A DNA stretch of 63,804 nt, the filler included, from Anaerolineae bacterium (GTDB lineage Bacteria > Chloroflexota > Anaerolineae > Epilineales > Epilineaceae): the NCBI GenBank assembly GCA_029262755.1. It is 5 parts of 5 records of this genome, joined end to end, with 100 filler letters (N's around TTAATTAATTAA, not from the genome) between each part and the next. Parts side by side here need not be neighbours in the genome. Positions count along the whole stretch, not along the records: positions 61,177 to 63,804 come from JAJCYU010000175.1; 4 more parts are not named here. One strand, given 5' to 3'. Shown in pieces: positions 62,931 to 63,804 of the stretch (its first letter is position 1; the number at the start of each line of letters is the position of its first letter). The position numbers and the translations under genes were made by a program. The notes below the pieces were generated by a model. The model saw only the letters and a list, made by a program, of their open reading frames with translations. It ran no database searches and had not been told where the DNA came from.

Positions 62931-63803
62931 CTACGGCAAGTCGCCGGTGAGCGTGAAGTTGTACGTACCGCCAACACCCGGCGCGAAGATCTCCGCGACC
63001 ACGACGACCAGCGTCTGGCCGGCTGGTATGACGGCGCCGAACATCTGAGCCGCCGGCGTCGAGCCGTTATCCGCGAGGTGATTCAGGCAGATATCGGTGT
63101 TGGGGTCGTAGCTGTTCAGGTAGAACGCCGCTTGACCTGCCACGGCGTTTGCACCCGTCCAGTTGAAGGAGATGGTCACACACGCGTCGCCACCCTCGCA
63201 GTTGTCAAAGAAGATGGCGTCATAGTTGACCGTGGTGGGTGCTGCGAACGTACCCGGGCACACGTTGCCGTCCGGGCACTGGCCGTTGTCGAGGAAGCGA
63301 CCCAGGCGGTTGCCGCCTTGAACCCCGCTAATCGAGAAGACACCAGGCGTCGAGGCACCGGAACCCACGGTTCCCTCGATGATGCCACCCGGATAGCGGC
63401 GACAGTTGTCCTCGCCGTCCTCGCCGAAGCGAAGATCCGGGAAGCCCGGGCACAGCGGCGGATAGCCCATGAAGCAGAAGGCGAACTCGTTGTCTTCTTC
63501 GTCCGACTGGCGGAAGGGGATACCGCGCGCGCCGGCTGCCTCATCACCCGGGACATCCTCGCCCAGGCGCGTGCCCTTACGCTCGATCGCCACCGCGCCG
63601 AGACCCACCAAGTTGCGTACGAAGAAGCCCGTGTCGTCGAAGACGTCATGCTCCCAGAACCAAGCCGAGATGATGGCCGAGCCCTTGAAGCCCTCGTTGA
63701 TGTAGCCCCACGTCTGCAGGTCGATGTACTCCACCTGCTTCTCGTTGAGCTTCTGGCAGATGTAGTCGAGCAGACCGTTCTGGTCGTAGAAGTAGATCAC
63801 GAA
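62931..63803 (-). CDS. C-terminal part of a large Cys-rich surface protein (5' beyond window)
   Basis: IYFYDQNGLLDYICQKL...GFKGSAIISA; C-terminal PPC-like domain (FYLNSYDP..ICLN, GTYNFTL). Confidence 0.8.
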   Translation of the reverse strand, partial: FVIYFYDQNGLLDYICQKLNEKQVEYIDLQTWGYINEGFKGSAIISAWFWEHDVFDDTGFFVRNLVGLGAVAIERKGTRLGEDVPGDEAAGARGIPFRQSDEEDNEFAFCFMGYPPLCPGFPDLRFGEDGEDNCRRYPGGIIEGTVGSGASTPGVFSISGVQGGNRLGRFLDNGQCPDGNVCPGTFAAPTTVNYDAIFFDNCEGGDACVTISFNWTGANAVAGQAAFYLNSYDPNTDICLNHLADNGSTPAAQMFGAVIPAGQTLVVVVAEIFAPGVGGTYNFTLTGDLP

Positions 63804-63804
63804 G

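Overview
High-GC (~70% by eye) draft-genome window made of five unrelated contig pieces (1-17564, 17665-43338, 43439-56922, 57023-61076, 61177-63804) joined by artificial N44-TTAATTAATTAA-N44 linkers, so adjacency across the joins means nothing. Gene content and protein style suggest Chloroflexota (Anaerolineae-like); this is an inference. Contig 1 is an origin-type region (yifB/comM, murA, atypical mreB, ABC exporter, rpmH-rnpA-yidD-yidC-jag, pfkB kinase, parAB, a parS site, methyltransferase, dnaN, recF), co-oriented from murA onward and lacking dnaA. Contig 2 holds NHL and TPR proteins, CIRCE-controlled groESL, map, an ankyrin protein behind a highly structured leader, egtBD, ilvE, an exosortase/EpsI pair, a catalytically dead GH-like protein, and fabH/fabF/plsX with a site-2 protease. 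Contigs 3-5 are dominated by secreted and surface proteins, plus ABC-F, an FtsX-type permease, an M3 peptidase, a frameshifted nitroreductase and rpmI-rplT. Best novelty candidates: (1) the ~180-nt structured, SD-sequestering leader coupled to a small helical N-terminal domain on the ankyrin gene; (2) a paralogous Cys-rich surface-protein family and a shared C-terminal LPxxxR-type tail; (3) a duplicated ~10-Cys secreted domain; (4) a GH-A pseudoenzyme downstream of the exosortase cluster.
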